Both the position numbers and the translations under genes were made by a program. The notes beneath the pieces are model-generated. The model was not told the DNA's origin. It saw only the letters and a list, made by a program, of their open reading frames with translations, and did no database searches. 64,000 bases of DNA, taken from positions 128,001 through 192,000 of the forward strand of contig JBKAGE010000082.1 of the NCBI GenBank assembly GCA_046290225.1. Direction: 5' to 3'. Below, piece by piece: positions 30,532 to 40,477 of this stretch; position 1 is the first letter of the stretch; the number at the start of each line of letters is the position of its first letter. The DNA is from Bradymonadia bacterium (GTDB lineage: Bacteria; Myxococcota_A; Bradymonadia; UBA7976; UBA1532).

Positions 30532-31767
30532 ATGCGCTGGTGTGTGTTGCCGGCCCTCGTCCTGGCCCCTGCCCTGATTCTGGGCGGCTGCGACGACGGC
30601 GCTGATCCTGATGATGATGCCCCGACGTCTGACGCTGGTGCCTCTGACGCTGCGACGCCTGATGGTGAGCAGATGGCCGATGCAGATGTCATGCCCGAGG
30701 CAGACGAGGGCGTCATCCCCGAGCCCGATCCGGTGAACCTCATGGCGCCGGGCACCTTCGAGGTGGGCTTCACCGAGTTCGAGGTGACCTACCAGCTGCC
30801 TCGGGAAGACGCGCCCCGCACCCTGCGCACGGTGGCGTGGTACCCCACCGAGGCCACAGAAGGAAACTCGACCCGCTACGCCAGCTTGATCCGCGCCGAC
30901 GGCATCTTCACCGATGCGCCGCCGGCCATCGACGGCGAAGCCCCGACGCTGATCTTCTCCCACGGCAACGGCGGCATCGCCGAGCAGAGCTTCTTCTTGT
31001 CGGAGTTCATGGCCAGCCACGGCTGGGTGGTGGTGGCCTTCGATCACACGGGGAACGCATTCCGCAGCGATGGCCGTGAAGTCTACGAGATGTTCGAGCT
31101 GCGCCCCCTCGACGTCTCCGCGGTCATCGACGCGGTCCAGGATCTCCCCGAGGACCACCTGCTCGCCGGCGCGGTGGGCCCCGAGGTGATGCTCGCGGGC
31201 CACAGCTTCGGGGGCTACACCAGCCTCGCGGTGGGCGGCGCCACCTTCGACGTCGACGCGTTGTCGGCGGGGTGCATGCTCATCAGCGAAGAGTTCTGTG
31301 ATTACTTCGAGACCGTCGCCGACGTGTTCCGTGAGGGCTTCCTCGACGAGCGCGTGGTGGCCACGGTGCCCATGACCCCGGTGGGCGCCACGGTCTTCAG
31401 CGGTGGCACCGCCGCCATCGACATCCCCACGCTGATGATGACCGGCGGCAAAGACGCCACGCTGCCCGACGAGATGGAGGGTGATCCGCTCTGGGCCGCT
31501 ATGGACGGCCCCAACGCGATCCGCCTGAGCTTCCCCGACGCCGGGCACTTCACCTTCTCGAACGCCTGCGACATCTTCCCCACCCTCATCATGAACGATG
31601 GCTGCGAGCCGGAGTTCATCCCCCCGGAAGAGGCCTACGAGATCATCAATGCCTACACCCTGGCCTTCGGCCGGTTCTACATGCTCGGCGATGACTCCAT
31701 GTTGCCCCTGCTCACGGGGGAAGAGCTGATCGGCGAAGGCGACGTGGAGTTCTTCACAAAGCCTTGA
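30532..31767 (+). CDS. Alpha/beta hydrolase lipoprotein (dienelactone hydrolase/PAF-AH-like)
   Basis: GGAGG RBS; lipobox LGGC; FSHGNGG, LRP.DVS, GHSFGG, GGKD, AGHFTF. Confidence 0.85.
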   Translation: MRWCVLPALVLAPALILGGCDDGADPDDDAPTSDAGASDAATPDGEQMADADVMPEADEGVIPEPDPVNLMAPGTFEVGFTEFEVTYQLPREDAPRTLRTVAWYPTEATEGNSTRYASLIRADGIFTDAPPAIDGEAPTLIFSHGNGGIAEQSFFLSEFMASHGWVVVAFDHTGNAFRSDGREVYEMFELRPLDVSAVIDAVQDLPEDHLLAGAVGPEVMLAGHSFGGYTSLAVGGATFDVDALSAGCMLISEEFCDYFETVADVFREGFLDERVVATVPMTPVGATVFSGGTAAIDIPTLMMTGGKDATLPDEMEGDPLWAAMDGPNAIRLSFPDAGHFTFSNACDIFPTLIMNDGCEPEFIPPEEAYEIINAYTLAFGRFYMLGDDSMLPLLTGEELIGEGDVEFFTKP

Positions 31768-31891
31768 CCAGCCCTCTGTGAAGTCTACACACCCTTTGCT
31801 CCGACCCCACCGCTGATGACACAATGCGCCCCGTTCATGCGCGACGGGGTGCTCGATCTTCGATGACACCCCACGGCCGCGCGAGCTGATC

Positions 31892-34627
31892 GTGGAGTTG
31901 AAGGTGAAGATACGTTCCAAGTACGCCATCGCCGGGATGTGTGCGGCGCTGTCTCTGTGGGCCACGGGCTGTGACGATGACGACAGTGGAGGCACCGCCT
32001 CTACGCCGGACATGGCCGTGGGCGGCGCTGGTGGCGCTGCAGGCATGGGCGGCGCCGGTGGCATGGGTGGAGTCGCCGGGATGGGCGGCGCCGGTGGTGA
32101 AGGGGGCATGGAGATGCCCTGCGAGCCCGAAGGCGACGAGATCATCAACATCGCCGGCATGAGCGCGCCGGCGAAGGTGCGCTTCGACGAGCAGGGTGTG
32201 CTCCACGCCACCTGCCAGAACAACGACGACTGCTTCCGGGTGGAGGGCTACTATCACGCCGCCCACCGCTTCTACCAAATGGACGTCCGCCGCCGTGTGG
32301 TGCGCGGTCAGATCATGGGCATCGCCGGCTCGGTGGCCACCGGCGAGATCCGCGACGTGCTCGTGGGCATCGAGACCAACAACCGCCGGTTTTACTCCGA
32401 TCCACGCACCGGCGACGAGCTCGCCGATGCCTTCATCGCCAGCGCCGACGAGGAGACCCTCGCCGCCCTCGATGCCTACGCCGACGGGGTGAACGCCTGG
32501 CTGGCTGAGTATCGCGCTGGCGAGGCTACCCTCAATGACGAGTACTCTCTCTTCGCCTTCGAGCCCGAGGCCGTTCGGGATTGGACCCGCGAAGACTCGG
32601 CGGCCTGTATCCTGGCCCTGCTCAACCAGCTCACCAACCAGACCAGCCTCGAGATCTCCACGGCGCTGCTCTACGCCACCCTCGATCCGGCGCTCTCTGC
32701 TGATCTCTACAGCCTGCGTACGGGATCGGCCTCGGCGATTCAGCCTGCGACTCAGGTGCCCTTCGATCAGATCCGCCTCGGCCTGACTCCGGAGCGGTTC
32801 CAGACGATCAAGGATCGCCTCGCCCCGGCGATCCCCAGCCTGCAGCGCCTGAGCGAGGCGATGCCCTATGTGGATCCTCACCTCGAGGGTCTCGGCTCGA
32901 ACAACTGGGTGGTGGGCCCCGATCGCACCACCAATGGTCACGCCCTGCTGGCGAACGATCCCCACCTGGGGCTGTCGAACCCCGCAGTCTGGTACGTGGT
33001 GCACCTCGACGCCAAGACTCAGGGTGACGGCGATCTGCACGTGGCGGGGGTCTCCTTCGCGGGGCTGCCCAACATCATCCTCGGCCAGAACGAGGACATC
33101 GCCTGGGGGGCCACGACGACCTACTTCGACATGGCCGACGTCTACATCGAGACCCTCACCGACGACGGCACGGGGGTGATCTACGACGGCATGGAGGTGC
33201 CCTTCGTCGAGCGGGAGATCACGCTGGAGGTCGCCGGTGGTGATCCAGTGACCCAGACCGTTCGGTTCGTGCCCCACCATGGTCCGGTCATCGACATCGA
33301 CGAAGAGGCAGGGACCGCCACCACCATCCGCTGGGTGGGCCACGAGGGTGGCACCGATCTCAACATCCTCACCCGTCTCTACAAGGCCACCTCGGTGGAA
33401 GAAGCCCGAGAGGCGCTCAAGGTACTCACCACCGTGGGTCAGAACTGGGTGGTGGCCGACAAGGGCGGCAACATCGGCTGGTTCCCCTACAACACGGTGC
33501 CCCGCCGCCCCTGGGCTTCGCTGGAGATGGCCCCCTGGCTGCCGCTCCCCGGCGACGGCACCGCGGAGTGGGACGGCTTCCTGCCCTTTGAAGATCTGCC
33601 CCAGGCCTTCAACCCGCCGGCGGCTTACATCGCCACGGCGAACAACGACATGACCGGCAACAACCTCGATGGTGATCCCACAAACGACGGCGCGCCCATG
33701 CTGCAGCACTATGTGGCCTTCGGCGCCCGCCACGGCCGCATCGTCGAGGCCATCGAGGAGATCGGCGATCAGCACTCCCGGGACACGATGGAGACGATCC
33801 TCGGCGACGTGCACTCCTACCTCGGCGAGCGGGCGCTGCCCCACCTGCTGAGCGCCGCCGACGAAAAGAGCGGTGATCTCACCGACGCTGGCAAGAAGGT
33901 GGTCGAGGCCCTCGAAGGCTGGGATTACACGTGCCCCACGGGCATCGACGGCATCCGCCCCGACGACGAGAAGTCCACCGAGGGTGACACGGCCTCCATC
34001 GGCTGCACCGCCTTCCACGTCACTTGGCCCCGGATCCGCCGCCTGGCTTTCCAGGACGATATTCCCGAGGGCACCCGCCTGCCCTCCGACGCCGCCACCT
34101 TCATCGCCCTCGATCGCCCAGAGACGCTGAGCACCTCGTACTGGAACATCAACGGCACTGAGGAAGAAGAGACCCAGGCCGACGTGCTTGTTTTGGCGCT
34201 GAACGACGCCGGCGCATGGCTCGAGGAGAACCTCGGCGAGGAGATCGACGACTGGCGCTGGGGCCGCCTGCACACCGTCACCCTGGCGGTGGACCTGATC
34301 AGCGATCTCGGGGTGCCGTCCTTCGACAACGGGCCCTACACCAACGATGGTGGTCTCTACACCGTCGACGTGGCCAACCCCTCGGGCATGCTCGGTGACA
34401 ACTACGCCCACCGCAGCGGAGCTTCGATGCGCTTCGCCTGTGACGTCGATCCCGAAGCTGGCCCTCAGTGCACCCTGCAGATCCCAGGCGGCAACCGTCA
34501 CTACCGCGACAGCCCCTTCTACGACGATCTGATGCAGGAGTGGCTCGTCAACAAGGCATTCCCCCTGCGCCTCGCCGAAGACGAGGTCGAAGCCTCGACG
34601 ACGGAGCGCGTGGGCATCTGCCCCTGA
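31892..34627 (+). CDS. Penicillin acylase family Ntn-hydrolase (AHL acylase-like) lipoprotein
   Basis: Lipobox ATGC; GSNNWVVG cleavage site, LLANDPHL, ATANN, WRWG.LH; start uncertain. Confidence 0.92.
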   Translation: MELKVKIRSKYAIAGMCAALSLWATGCDDDDSGGTASTPDMAVGGAGGAAGMGGAGGMGGVAGMGGAGGEGGMEMPCEPEGDEIINIAGMSAPAKVRFDEQGVLHATCQNNDDCFRVEGYYHAAHRFYQMDVRRRVVRGQIMGIAGSVATGEIRDVLVGIETNNRRFYSDPRTGDELADAFIASADEETLAALDAYADGVNAWLAEYRAGEATLNDEYSLFAFEPEAVRDWTREDSAACILALLNQLTNQTSLEISTALLYATLDPALSADLYSLRTGSASAIQPATQVPFDQIRLGLTPERFQTIKDRLAPAIPSLQRLSEAMPYVDPHLEGLGSNNWVVGPDRTTNGHALLANDPHLGLSNPAVWYVVHLDAKTQGDGDLHVAGVSFAGLPNIILGQNEDIAWGATTTYFDMADVYIETLTDDGTGVIYDGMEVPFVEREITLEVAGGDPVTQTVRFVPHHGPVIDIDEEAGTATTIRWVGHEGGTDLNILTRLYKATSVEEAREALKVLTTVGQNWVVADKGGNIGWFPYNTVPRRPWASLEMAPWLPLPGDGTAEWDGFLPFEDLPQAFNPPAAYIATANNDMTGNNLDGDPTNDGAPMLQHYVAFGARHGRIVEAIEEIGDQHSRDTMETILGDVHSYLGERALPHLLSAADEKSGDLTDAGKKVVEALEGWDYTCPTGIDGIRPDDEKSTEGDTASIGCTAFHVTWPRIRRLAFQDDIPEGTRLPSDAATFIALDRPETLSTSYWNINGTEEEETQADVLVLALNDAGAWLEENLGEEIDDWRWGRLHTVTLAVDLISDLGVPSFDNGPYTNDGGLYTVDVANPSGMLGDNYAHRSGASMRFACDVDPEAGPQCTLQIPGGNRHYRDSPFYDDLMQEWLVNKAFPLRLAEDEVEASTTERVGICP

Positions 34628-34639
34628 TCGAGCCGCCCT

Positions 34640-35152
34640 TCAACGGGCGCGACGCCCTGCCCCCCGCCCACTCTCGAGCACCATGCGCGTGGGCTCGCCG
34701 AGGGGCTCGTCCAACAACTCCCCATAATCTCTCACTGATGCGTAGTGCCGGGGCAGATGCTCCGGACACTCGATCTCTGCCCGAGGGGGCGCCTCGAGGT
34801 GATTCGACATGAAGTCGAAGACCGCAAAGAGCGACAATACAGGCTGATTGCGCTGAATTTCGGGCTGCTGGGCCAGGAACTGAGGGAAGCGCACCCCGTA
34901 GTGATCGAGGCTGACCCCTGTGGGCGGGTCGGTCTGGGCATATCGCCACGCAAAGAGATTGAAGTTCCGCTCTCCGAGCAGGGTACGGGTCACGGGGTAG
35001 AAGTCTTCGAGCACCTGCCGTGTGGTGACGATGTAATGCAGCATGTAGATCTTGAGGTTGCCCCGGGTTTCTTCGGTGAAGAGCTCTTCGGAGATGAGAG
35101 AGTTGTGCCTCAGGATCGTGTCGCTGAACCGTTCAATCACATCTTTGAGCAC
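34640..35152 (-). CDS. DUF2063/HvfC-like MNIO partner protein (short)
   Basis: AAGGAGG RBS; L.IY...L...YPV...LLGE.NF, YG..FP.FL; overlaps the DUF692 3' end. Confidence 0.7.
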   Translation of the reverse strand: MLKDVIERFSDTILRHNSLISEELFTEETRGNLKIYMLHYIVTTRQVLEDFYPVTRTLLGERNFNLFAWRYAQTDPPTGVSLDHYGVRFPQFLAQQPEIQRNQPVLSLFAVFDFMSNHLEAPPRAEIECPEHLPRHYASVRDYGELLDEPLGEPTRMVLESGRGAGRRAR

Positions 35153-35955
35153 CTGGCCTCCTTTCGACCGCGCTTCAACACACGTACGACCGCCAGGCTC
35201 TCGATGAGGGGCGGAATGGCGTTGTCTCGCTCGTAACATGCGGGCAAATGGCTCAGATGGTTCACCCAGTGCTGCTGCCAGTTGGAGGGCGCAGAGCCAT
35301 GGGTGTCGAGCCAGAAGTCATCGACCACTTCCGGGCCAGCGACGTGCAGTGCCACCACGTGCTCGAGGAACTCTGCTGTCATATAGCGATGGACTGGCAC
35401 GCCGAGGTTGTGGGCGTTGATCTCGATGTTGTTGAGATCGAGCAACAACCGACACCCCGTGCTCTCAGCGATCTGTTGCAGGCTCTCAGCCTCTGTCATC
35501 GAGCTCTGCCGGTAGACCACGTACTGGCTCAGGTTTTCCAAGGCGATGCTGCGCCCGAGGCGTTGCTGTACGAAGTTGATCCGAGCGGCAACGTGGGCAC
35601 AGGTGCTCGGAGACAAGGGCAGCGGCAGCAAATCGTGATGAGATACACCACCAAAACGCTGCCAGCAGAAATGATCCGAGATCAGCCATGGATCGAGCAC
35701 GCGCTCCAGCTCGGCGATCTCGTCGAGATAGGTGGTGCTGATCGGATCGACACCACCGAGGTTCATGCCCACGCAATGCAGGGCGATGGGCGTGTGGGCC
35801 CGGATGGTCTTCACCTGCTCGAGGGCCTGAGGATTGCCGATCAGATTTTCGGCGATGACTTCCCAGTAATCCACCTCACCAGGGGGTGTGTCACACACCT
35901 GATCGAGGTAGGACAATCGCAGGTTGAGCCCGATCCCGGCCACACGCTCCCCCAT
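35137..35955 (-). CDS. DUF692 multinuclear non-heme iron oxidase (MNIO, BufB/HvfB-like)
   Basis: EVIAEN, LHCVG..LG, SDHFCW, HDLLPLP, LEN, LLLDLNN, HVAG, DTH, ERD. Confidence 0.93.
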   Translation of the reverse strand: MGERVAGIGLNLRLSYLDQVCDTPPGEVDYWEVIAENLIGNPQALEQVKTIRAHTPIALHCVGMNLGGVDPISTTYLDEIAELERVLDPWLISDHFCWQRFGGVSHHDLLPLPLSPSTCAHVAARINFVQQRLGRSIALENLSQYVVYRQSSMTEAESLQQIAESTGCRLLLDLNNIEINAHNLGVPVHRYMTAEFLEHVVALHVAGPEVVDDFWLDTHGSAPSNWQQHWVNHLSHLPACYERDNAIPPLIESLAVVRVLKRGRKEARCSKM

Positions 35956-35957
35956 GA

Positions 35958-36284
35958 TCAGCGGGCCAGGAACTTGGCGACGGGCTTCTGCTTGGAGACC
36001 ACCTTGCCCGCCTTCACCATCTTCTTGCCGCCCCACTTCTCGCACAGGGGCCCTTCGGGCACGTACACCCACTCGGTGGGATCGAGATCTTTGGCGGCCT
36101 TGCCCGAGCAGTCATGACGGCCGTCAGTGGAGCCACAGTCGTTGTGGCCCGCCTTGGCCACGCCGAGACACTTGATCACTGTGATGGTCTCTTCAGCGGC
36201 CGCCTGGGGCTTGTCCGCGCAGGCCACACCCAGGCCCACCATGCTCACCAGACCCCCCACCATCAACGTCATCTCTTTCGTCAT
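35958..36284 (-). CDS. DUF2282 / BufA1-like Cys-rich RiPP precursor
   Basis: KCLGVAKAGHNDC...HDCSG.A..D.DP.EW.YVPEG.LCEK.GG; hydrophobic leader ending LGVAC; alternative start 36302. Confidence 0.88.
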   Translation of the reverse strand: MTKEMTLMVGGLVSMVGLGVACADKPQAAAEETITVIKCLGVAKAGHNDCGSTDGRHDCSGKAAKDLDPTEWVYVPEGPLCEKWGGKKMVKAGKVVSKQKPVAKFLAR

Positions 36285-36350
36285 CACTGCGCTCGCTTTC
36301 ATCGAGTGGTTATGGGGCGACACCCACGCGGTGCGCCCTCTGGCCCCGAT

Positions 36351-36378
36351 GACGTCTCGGGCTTCAACGGTGATTGCA
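36351..36378 (-). promoter_or_regulatory. Putative ECF-type promoter for the DUF2282 operon
   Basis: TGCAATC-N17-CGTC on the minus strand, loosely like ECF -35 AAC / -10 CGT elements. Confidence 0.3.
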
Positions 36379-36547
36379 CCCACGTGTCGTTTTCCGTCCA
36401 AAAACCCTCTATTTTTTCTAAAAACGCCCATATCGCCTCAAAACGGGTCACCCGTTCACTTTTGTCATCAAAGTGCGCAATCAAAAGAAAGGCCCCAAAC
36501 GTCGATGAGAGTGAGTGGGCACATCGAGCCCTCTCGCTGGAGACCCA

Positions 36548-37048
36548 ATGACCTTCGATCGGCCCACACTGTCCCGGCTCTTCCGGTACTGCTACAGCCT
36601 GACCGGCGACGATGACGCGGCGTACGACTTGCTGCATCAGAGCATCGAGCGCTACCTCAAGGCAGCAAAGCGCCAACACATCGACGCGCCCGTGGCCTAT
36701 CTGCGCCGAATCATTCGCAATCGGTTCATCGACGATCTGCGCCGCGCACGGCGTCTGCCTGAAGTCAGTCTGGAAGAGCTGCAAGAGAGCGTGGTGGATC
36801 TGAGCACCACAGGCTTGGAGCGTCAGATGGTCGCAGCAGGTGACATGGCCATCATCTGGCGTCAGCTCAGTCCAGTAGAGCGGGAAGCCTTGTACCTCTG
36901 GGCCGTCGAGGGTCGGACAGCGAGCGAGATCGCTGAAGACTGTGGGGTCTCACGCAACACCATTTTGTCCCGGCTGCACCGCCTGCGTCAGAAGTTCAAG
37001 GGGTGGTACAGCGACGAAGACCGCGGAGACGAGGAGGTCTCCTCATGA
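36548..37048 (+). CDS. ECF sigma factor
   Basis: LFRYCYSLTGD...A.DL, YL.RI.RN.FID..R, EIA...G.SRNTILSRLHR. Confidence 0.9.
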   Translation: MTFDRPTLSRLFRYCYSLTGDDDAAYDLLHQSIERYLKAAKRQHIDAPVAYLRRIIRNRFIDDLRRARRLPEVSLEELQESVVDLSTTGLERQMVAAGDMAIIWRQLSPVEREALYLWAVEGRTASEIAEDCGVSRNTILSRLHRLRQKFKGWYSDEDRGDEEVSS

Positions 37049-37626
37049 CCCGGACACCACTCAAAGAGGCCGTGCAGCAGCACATCGAGGCCCATGATCT
37101 CACCGAGGCACAATTCGCGGCCCTCGAACGGCTGCAGCAACCCGAGCAGCAACGCCCCCAGCGCTGGCTCTGGCTCGTGGCAGTGGCCGCTCTCGTTGCA
37201 TTGACAGTGTGGGGGGTGTGGGGTCGCACAGAGCAGAGCGTGGCCATCGCCAGCGAGGTGGCGAAGAACCACCTCAAGCTCAAGCCCCTGGAGATCACCA
37301 CTTCCGACATGGGCGCAGTGCAGGGCTTCTTCGACACCCTGGATTTCGTACCCATCGAGAGCCGCCAGCTCGCCGCCTCGGGCTGGCGGCTGAGCGGCGC
37401 GCGACACTGCTCGGTACAAGGACAGGAGGCCGCTCAACTCAGAGGGCACCTCGGCCAGGACGAGGCGCCGATCTCTGTCTACATGACGGCTTATGATGCA
37501 GAGCGCTTCGGACCAGTGCCCTCGCTGGATCGTGGAGAGGTGCCCTTACGCCTGCACGATCGAGGGCTGGCGATCACTTTGTGGGTCGAGCACGGCGTGC
37601 TGATGGTTCAAGCAGGTGGACCCTGA
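37045..37626 (+). CDS. Putative transmembrane anti-sigma factor
   Basis: ATGA overlap with the sigma gene; single TM; periplasmic EV..NH and GAR.CS motifs. Confidence 0.7.
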   Translation: MTRTPLKEAVQQHIEAHDLTEAQFAALERLQQPEQQRPQRWLWLVAVAALVALTVWGVWGRTEQSVAIASEVAKNHLKLKPLEITTSDMGAVQGFFDTLDFVPIESRQLAASGWRLSGARHCSVQGQEAAQLRGHLGQDEAPISVYMTAYDAERFGPVPSLDRGEVPLRLHDRGLAITLWVEHGVLMVQAGGP

Positions 37627-37632
37627 GCCGGC

Positions 37633-39372
37633 TCAGGGTGCCCATCCACTCTCGTAGGCGGCGCCCTCAGCGCCAACAGTGAGGGTGTGGTTGGCCCCTG
37701 GAGACCACTCCACGGTGCCATTGCCCACCTTGATGAACTTGAACTCCACCACCTGCCCGGGGGCCAGCTCCCCCTCGGAGATGTCCACCGTACCGGACCA
37801 TGTGGGGTAGTCAGTCACTGACAATGCAAAAGCCTTGGTTGGATCCCAGCTCCCCAGAGCAGGGGTGTTGCCCACCACGGCCACGGACTGCCCCCACTGC
37901 GTCACGCCGCCGTGCACGGTGAAGGAGAGGCTCATCTGCGCCCCGGGCTGAGGGGCTTCGGGCGTCTCCGGCTCGGGCGTTTCAGGCGCTGGCATCTCTG
38001 GCTCGGGCATCCCGGGCTGGGGCAGCTCGGGCACATCTTCGTCGGCGCAGCGCAGGTCGAGCGACGGCCCAGGCGCACATGGATGCACCCAAATCTCGGT
38101 ACACACCGGTACATCATGATGCACGGCGTACCAGTGATAGATGCCGCGGTTGTCCGGGCTCGTGGCGGTGACGAAGGCCTCTCCAGGCCAGAGCAGGCGA
38201 TAGGCCGACACATCGCCGAGGCCATAGGCAGCACCACCAGACAGCGGGCTCTGAGGCGTGTTCATCCCCCAGCCGGTGAGGATGGGCGCCGACTCCAGAC
38301 TGTTCACCAGGCTCTCGGCGGGATCGCCGATCTTGTGCCACCCGGCGCCGCTGGGCACTCCGGCGAGGGCCTCCAACCCGGGCTGACGGGGCTCGAAGCA
38401 GATGTAGATGTGCTTGAGCGGCGCCACAGGCGGTTGTGCCAGCCAGGTCCAGCCACCCCCGACAGCGGTCTGACCGGGCTGGCGATGAGGATGACTGCCG
38501 TGGATGACCTCTGCGGGGTAGGGATCGGTGTTGTACCCTGTCCCAAAAGTGTGAGCCTTGAGCCGCTCAAAGGGGTTCAATGCCGCATCACCCGCAGCAA
38601 TGGCTTCGGGATCAGGGAGGGCGCGCCCGTCAGCAAAGGCGCTGCGTTGGGGCGCCGAAGCCGCGAGATCCTGAGCGTCGTGCACGGGCACCTTGAAGCT
38701 GAGGGGGAACGCGTCGCCCCAGCCCGTCGGGCGCACCCACGCTACGGTCTCCATGCGGCGATCGGCCCAGCCGAGGGCAGCAGGCGGGCTCCACCACACC
38801 TGCAAATCGCCCGCGTCGGTTTTGGTCGCCAGCAGCGGCCCGGAGTCGACAGGCTCACCTTCGAGCATGTACTCCACCGAGAGGCTGTCACCCACCGGCA
38901 GGGCGCGGTCGAGGGTGATCTGCACCGACTGGGTGCCGTCATCGAGTAGATAGAGCACTGCCAGGACCGGCGGCCGCGGGTGGCTCCAGCTGCCGAGCGT
39001 GGCCGCTGCGTTGGTCTGACCATCGCCGAATGGCGAGAACTCGCTGGGCCAAACCCCCACGGGGACCGACACCACAGCGTCGACGATCCCGGGTTGCTTC
39101 CAGGCGGTCACCAGGGCCTCCGACACCGCATTGGCAATGATGGCTTCAGGCGTCCACAGCCCAGGATCGTCACCACCCCATGGCGCCGCACCAGGCCGGG
39201 GCAGCTCGACGGCCCTGCTGGCTTCAGCGCCATCGGTCTTACCCGTGAACGGGCTCGAAGTGGGTTGTGGCTCGGCCCCGGCGGCCTGCTCGGCAGCTGG
39301 CTCGGAGGCACAACCGCCCATCAGCATCGCCCAGGTGAGGATCAAGAGGTGGCTCAGAGAGTTCCGCGACAT
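37633..39372 (-). CDS. Lipoprotein with unknown N-terminal domain, Pro/Glu linker and C-terminal CBM20
   Basis: Lipobox MGGC; T.WGQSV.VVGN...LG.W, YP.W, EFKFI, W..G.N. Confidence 0.8.
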   Translation of the reverse strand: MSRNSLSHLLILTWAMLMGGCASEPAAEQAAGAEPQPTSSPFTGKTDGAEASRAVELPRPGAAPWGGDDPGLWTPEAIIANAVSEALVTAWKQPGIVDAVVSVPVGVWPSEFSPFGDGQTNAAATLGSWSHPRPPVLAVLYLLDDGTQSVQITLDRALPVGDSLSVEYMLEGEPVDSGPLLATKTDAGDLQVWWSPPAALGWADRRMETVAWVRPTGWGDAFPLSFKVPVHDAQDLAASAPQRSAFADGRALPDPEAIAAGDAALNPFERLKAHTFGTGYNTDPYPAEVIHGSHPHRQPGQTAVGGGWTWLAQPPVAPLKHIYICFEPRQPGLEALAGVPSGAGWHKIGDPAESLVNSLESAPILTGWGMNTPQSPLSGGAAYGLGDVSAYRLLWPGEAFVTATSPDNRGIYHWYAVHHDVPVCTEIWVHPCAPGPSLDLRCADEDVPELPQPGMPEPEMPAPETPEPETPEAPQPGAQMSLSFTVHGGVTQWGQSVAVVGNTPALGSWDPTKAFALSVTDYPTWSGTVDISEGELAPGQVVEFKFIKVGNGTVEWSPGANHTLTVGAEGAAYESGWAP

Positions 39373-39481
39373 CGATATGCTCGAATTCGTGATCAGCAGC
39401 GCTCATGAATGCAGCCCTCGTGCCATCAGCAACACCCTGAAATTACGAGAAGGATACTGGCTACTGGATCAGCCATTGGCC

Positions 39482-40024
39482 TCATCTCCTGACCGCTCTG
39501 CCCCACCTCAGCCAGCTGGCGATGGCTGCTGGCGGTCCCAACCACGTCAGCTCGGCCACGATGGCCCTCACCGCGCCGTGTCCTCCGCCCCATTCACCAG
39601 GGGGCAGCACCTGCCATTCGAAGGGGGCCGCGCTCGCCGTCATGGTCCAGGGCCACCACAGCGCCACGCCCCGACCAGGTACGCCGCCGCTGCCGTGACC
39701 GAACATGTCCACGAGGGTGTGGCTCATGAGCAGTGCCCCGATAAAGAGCCCCATGGCCAGGGGGGTCACACCTCGCCGACGGGCGAGCCAGGCCCCCAAC
39801 ACACCGCACAACACGGCGAATGTGATGGAGTGGGACCACGTGCGATGCCACACGGAACTCGGCTGCCCCAGCACCCAGACCGCGAAGAAGTCGAAGTCGG
39901 GCGCCTGAGGCAGCACGAGGGTGAGTCCCCAGGCCCACTTCGGGCCCAGAGGCTTCAGACGGGGGGCCATCGCCGCATATACACAGACGCCGGCGAGGCA
40001 ATGTCCGAGGGGCAGAGACATCAT
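39482..40024 (-). CDS. Membrane metal-dependent hydrolase (YdjM-like)
   Basis: GH, APDFD, HRTWSHS, SHTLVD, G..LWWPW. Confidence 0.8.
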   Translation of the reverse strand: MMSLPLGHCLAGVCVYAAMAPRLKPLGPKWAWGLTLVLPQAPDFDFFAVWVLGQPSSVWHRTWSHSITFAVLCGVLGAWLARRRGVTPLAMGLFIGALLMSHTLVDMFGHGSGGVPGRGVALWWPWTMTASAAPFEWQVLPPGEWGGGHGAVRAIVAELTWLGPPAAIASWLRWGRAVRR

Positions 40025-40059
40025 GGGCACTGTGGCCCAAGGTCTCGCAGAGGTCTACC

Positions 40060-40419
40060 TCAGCCCACAGAGACCGGGATCTGCCGGGCCTTCGCCCGAG
40101 CAGCCTTGGGCAGGGTGATCTCCAACACCCCAGCGTCCAGACGCGCCTGGACCTGGGATCCATCCACATCGGGTGGCACCCTCAGGGTGGCCGTATAGTC
40201 GAGATCGGCCCAGTGACCCTGAAGCAGCTTCACCCCTTCTGTGGGCGCCGCTCGATGGCCCACCAAGGTGAGCTCTCCATCCTCAAGGTTCAGCTCCACC
40301 TGGTTGGAAGCGACGCCTGGAAGATCGGCGACGATCAGGAAGTGATCTGCGTTCTCGAAGATGTCCAGGGCGGGACGCAGGCTCTGGCGGCGGTCGTTCT
40401 TCTGCATTGCGTGAGTCAT
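40060..40419 (-). CDS. Small heat shock protein (Hsp20)
   Basis: P.LDIFE, ADLPGV, A.LD.GVL.ITLPK. Confidence 0.9.
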   Translation of the reverse strand: MTHAMQKNDRRQSLRPALDIFENADHFLIVADLPGVASNQVELNLEDGELTLVGHRAAPTEGVKLLQGHWADLDYTATLRVPPDVDGSQVQARLDAGVLEITLPKAARAKARQIPVSVG

Positions 40420-40477
40420 GCGAACACCTCAGCTTTCAATCTGTTCAACTGTCTGAATGTGGTTCAATTACATGAGA

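Noticed and set aside
29548..34501. Very long minus-strand ORFs (891 and 888 aa), and similar ones opposite dnaB, groEL, SNF2 and DUF4175
   Set aside because: Antisense shadows of strongly biased GC-rich genes; no motifs, and the opposite strand holds clear genes
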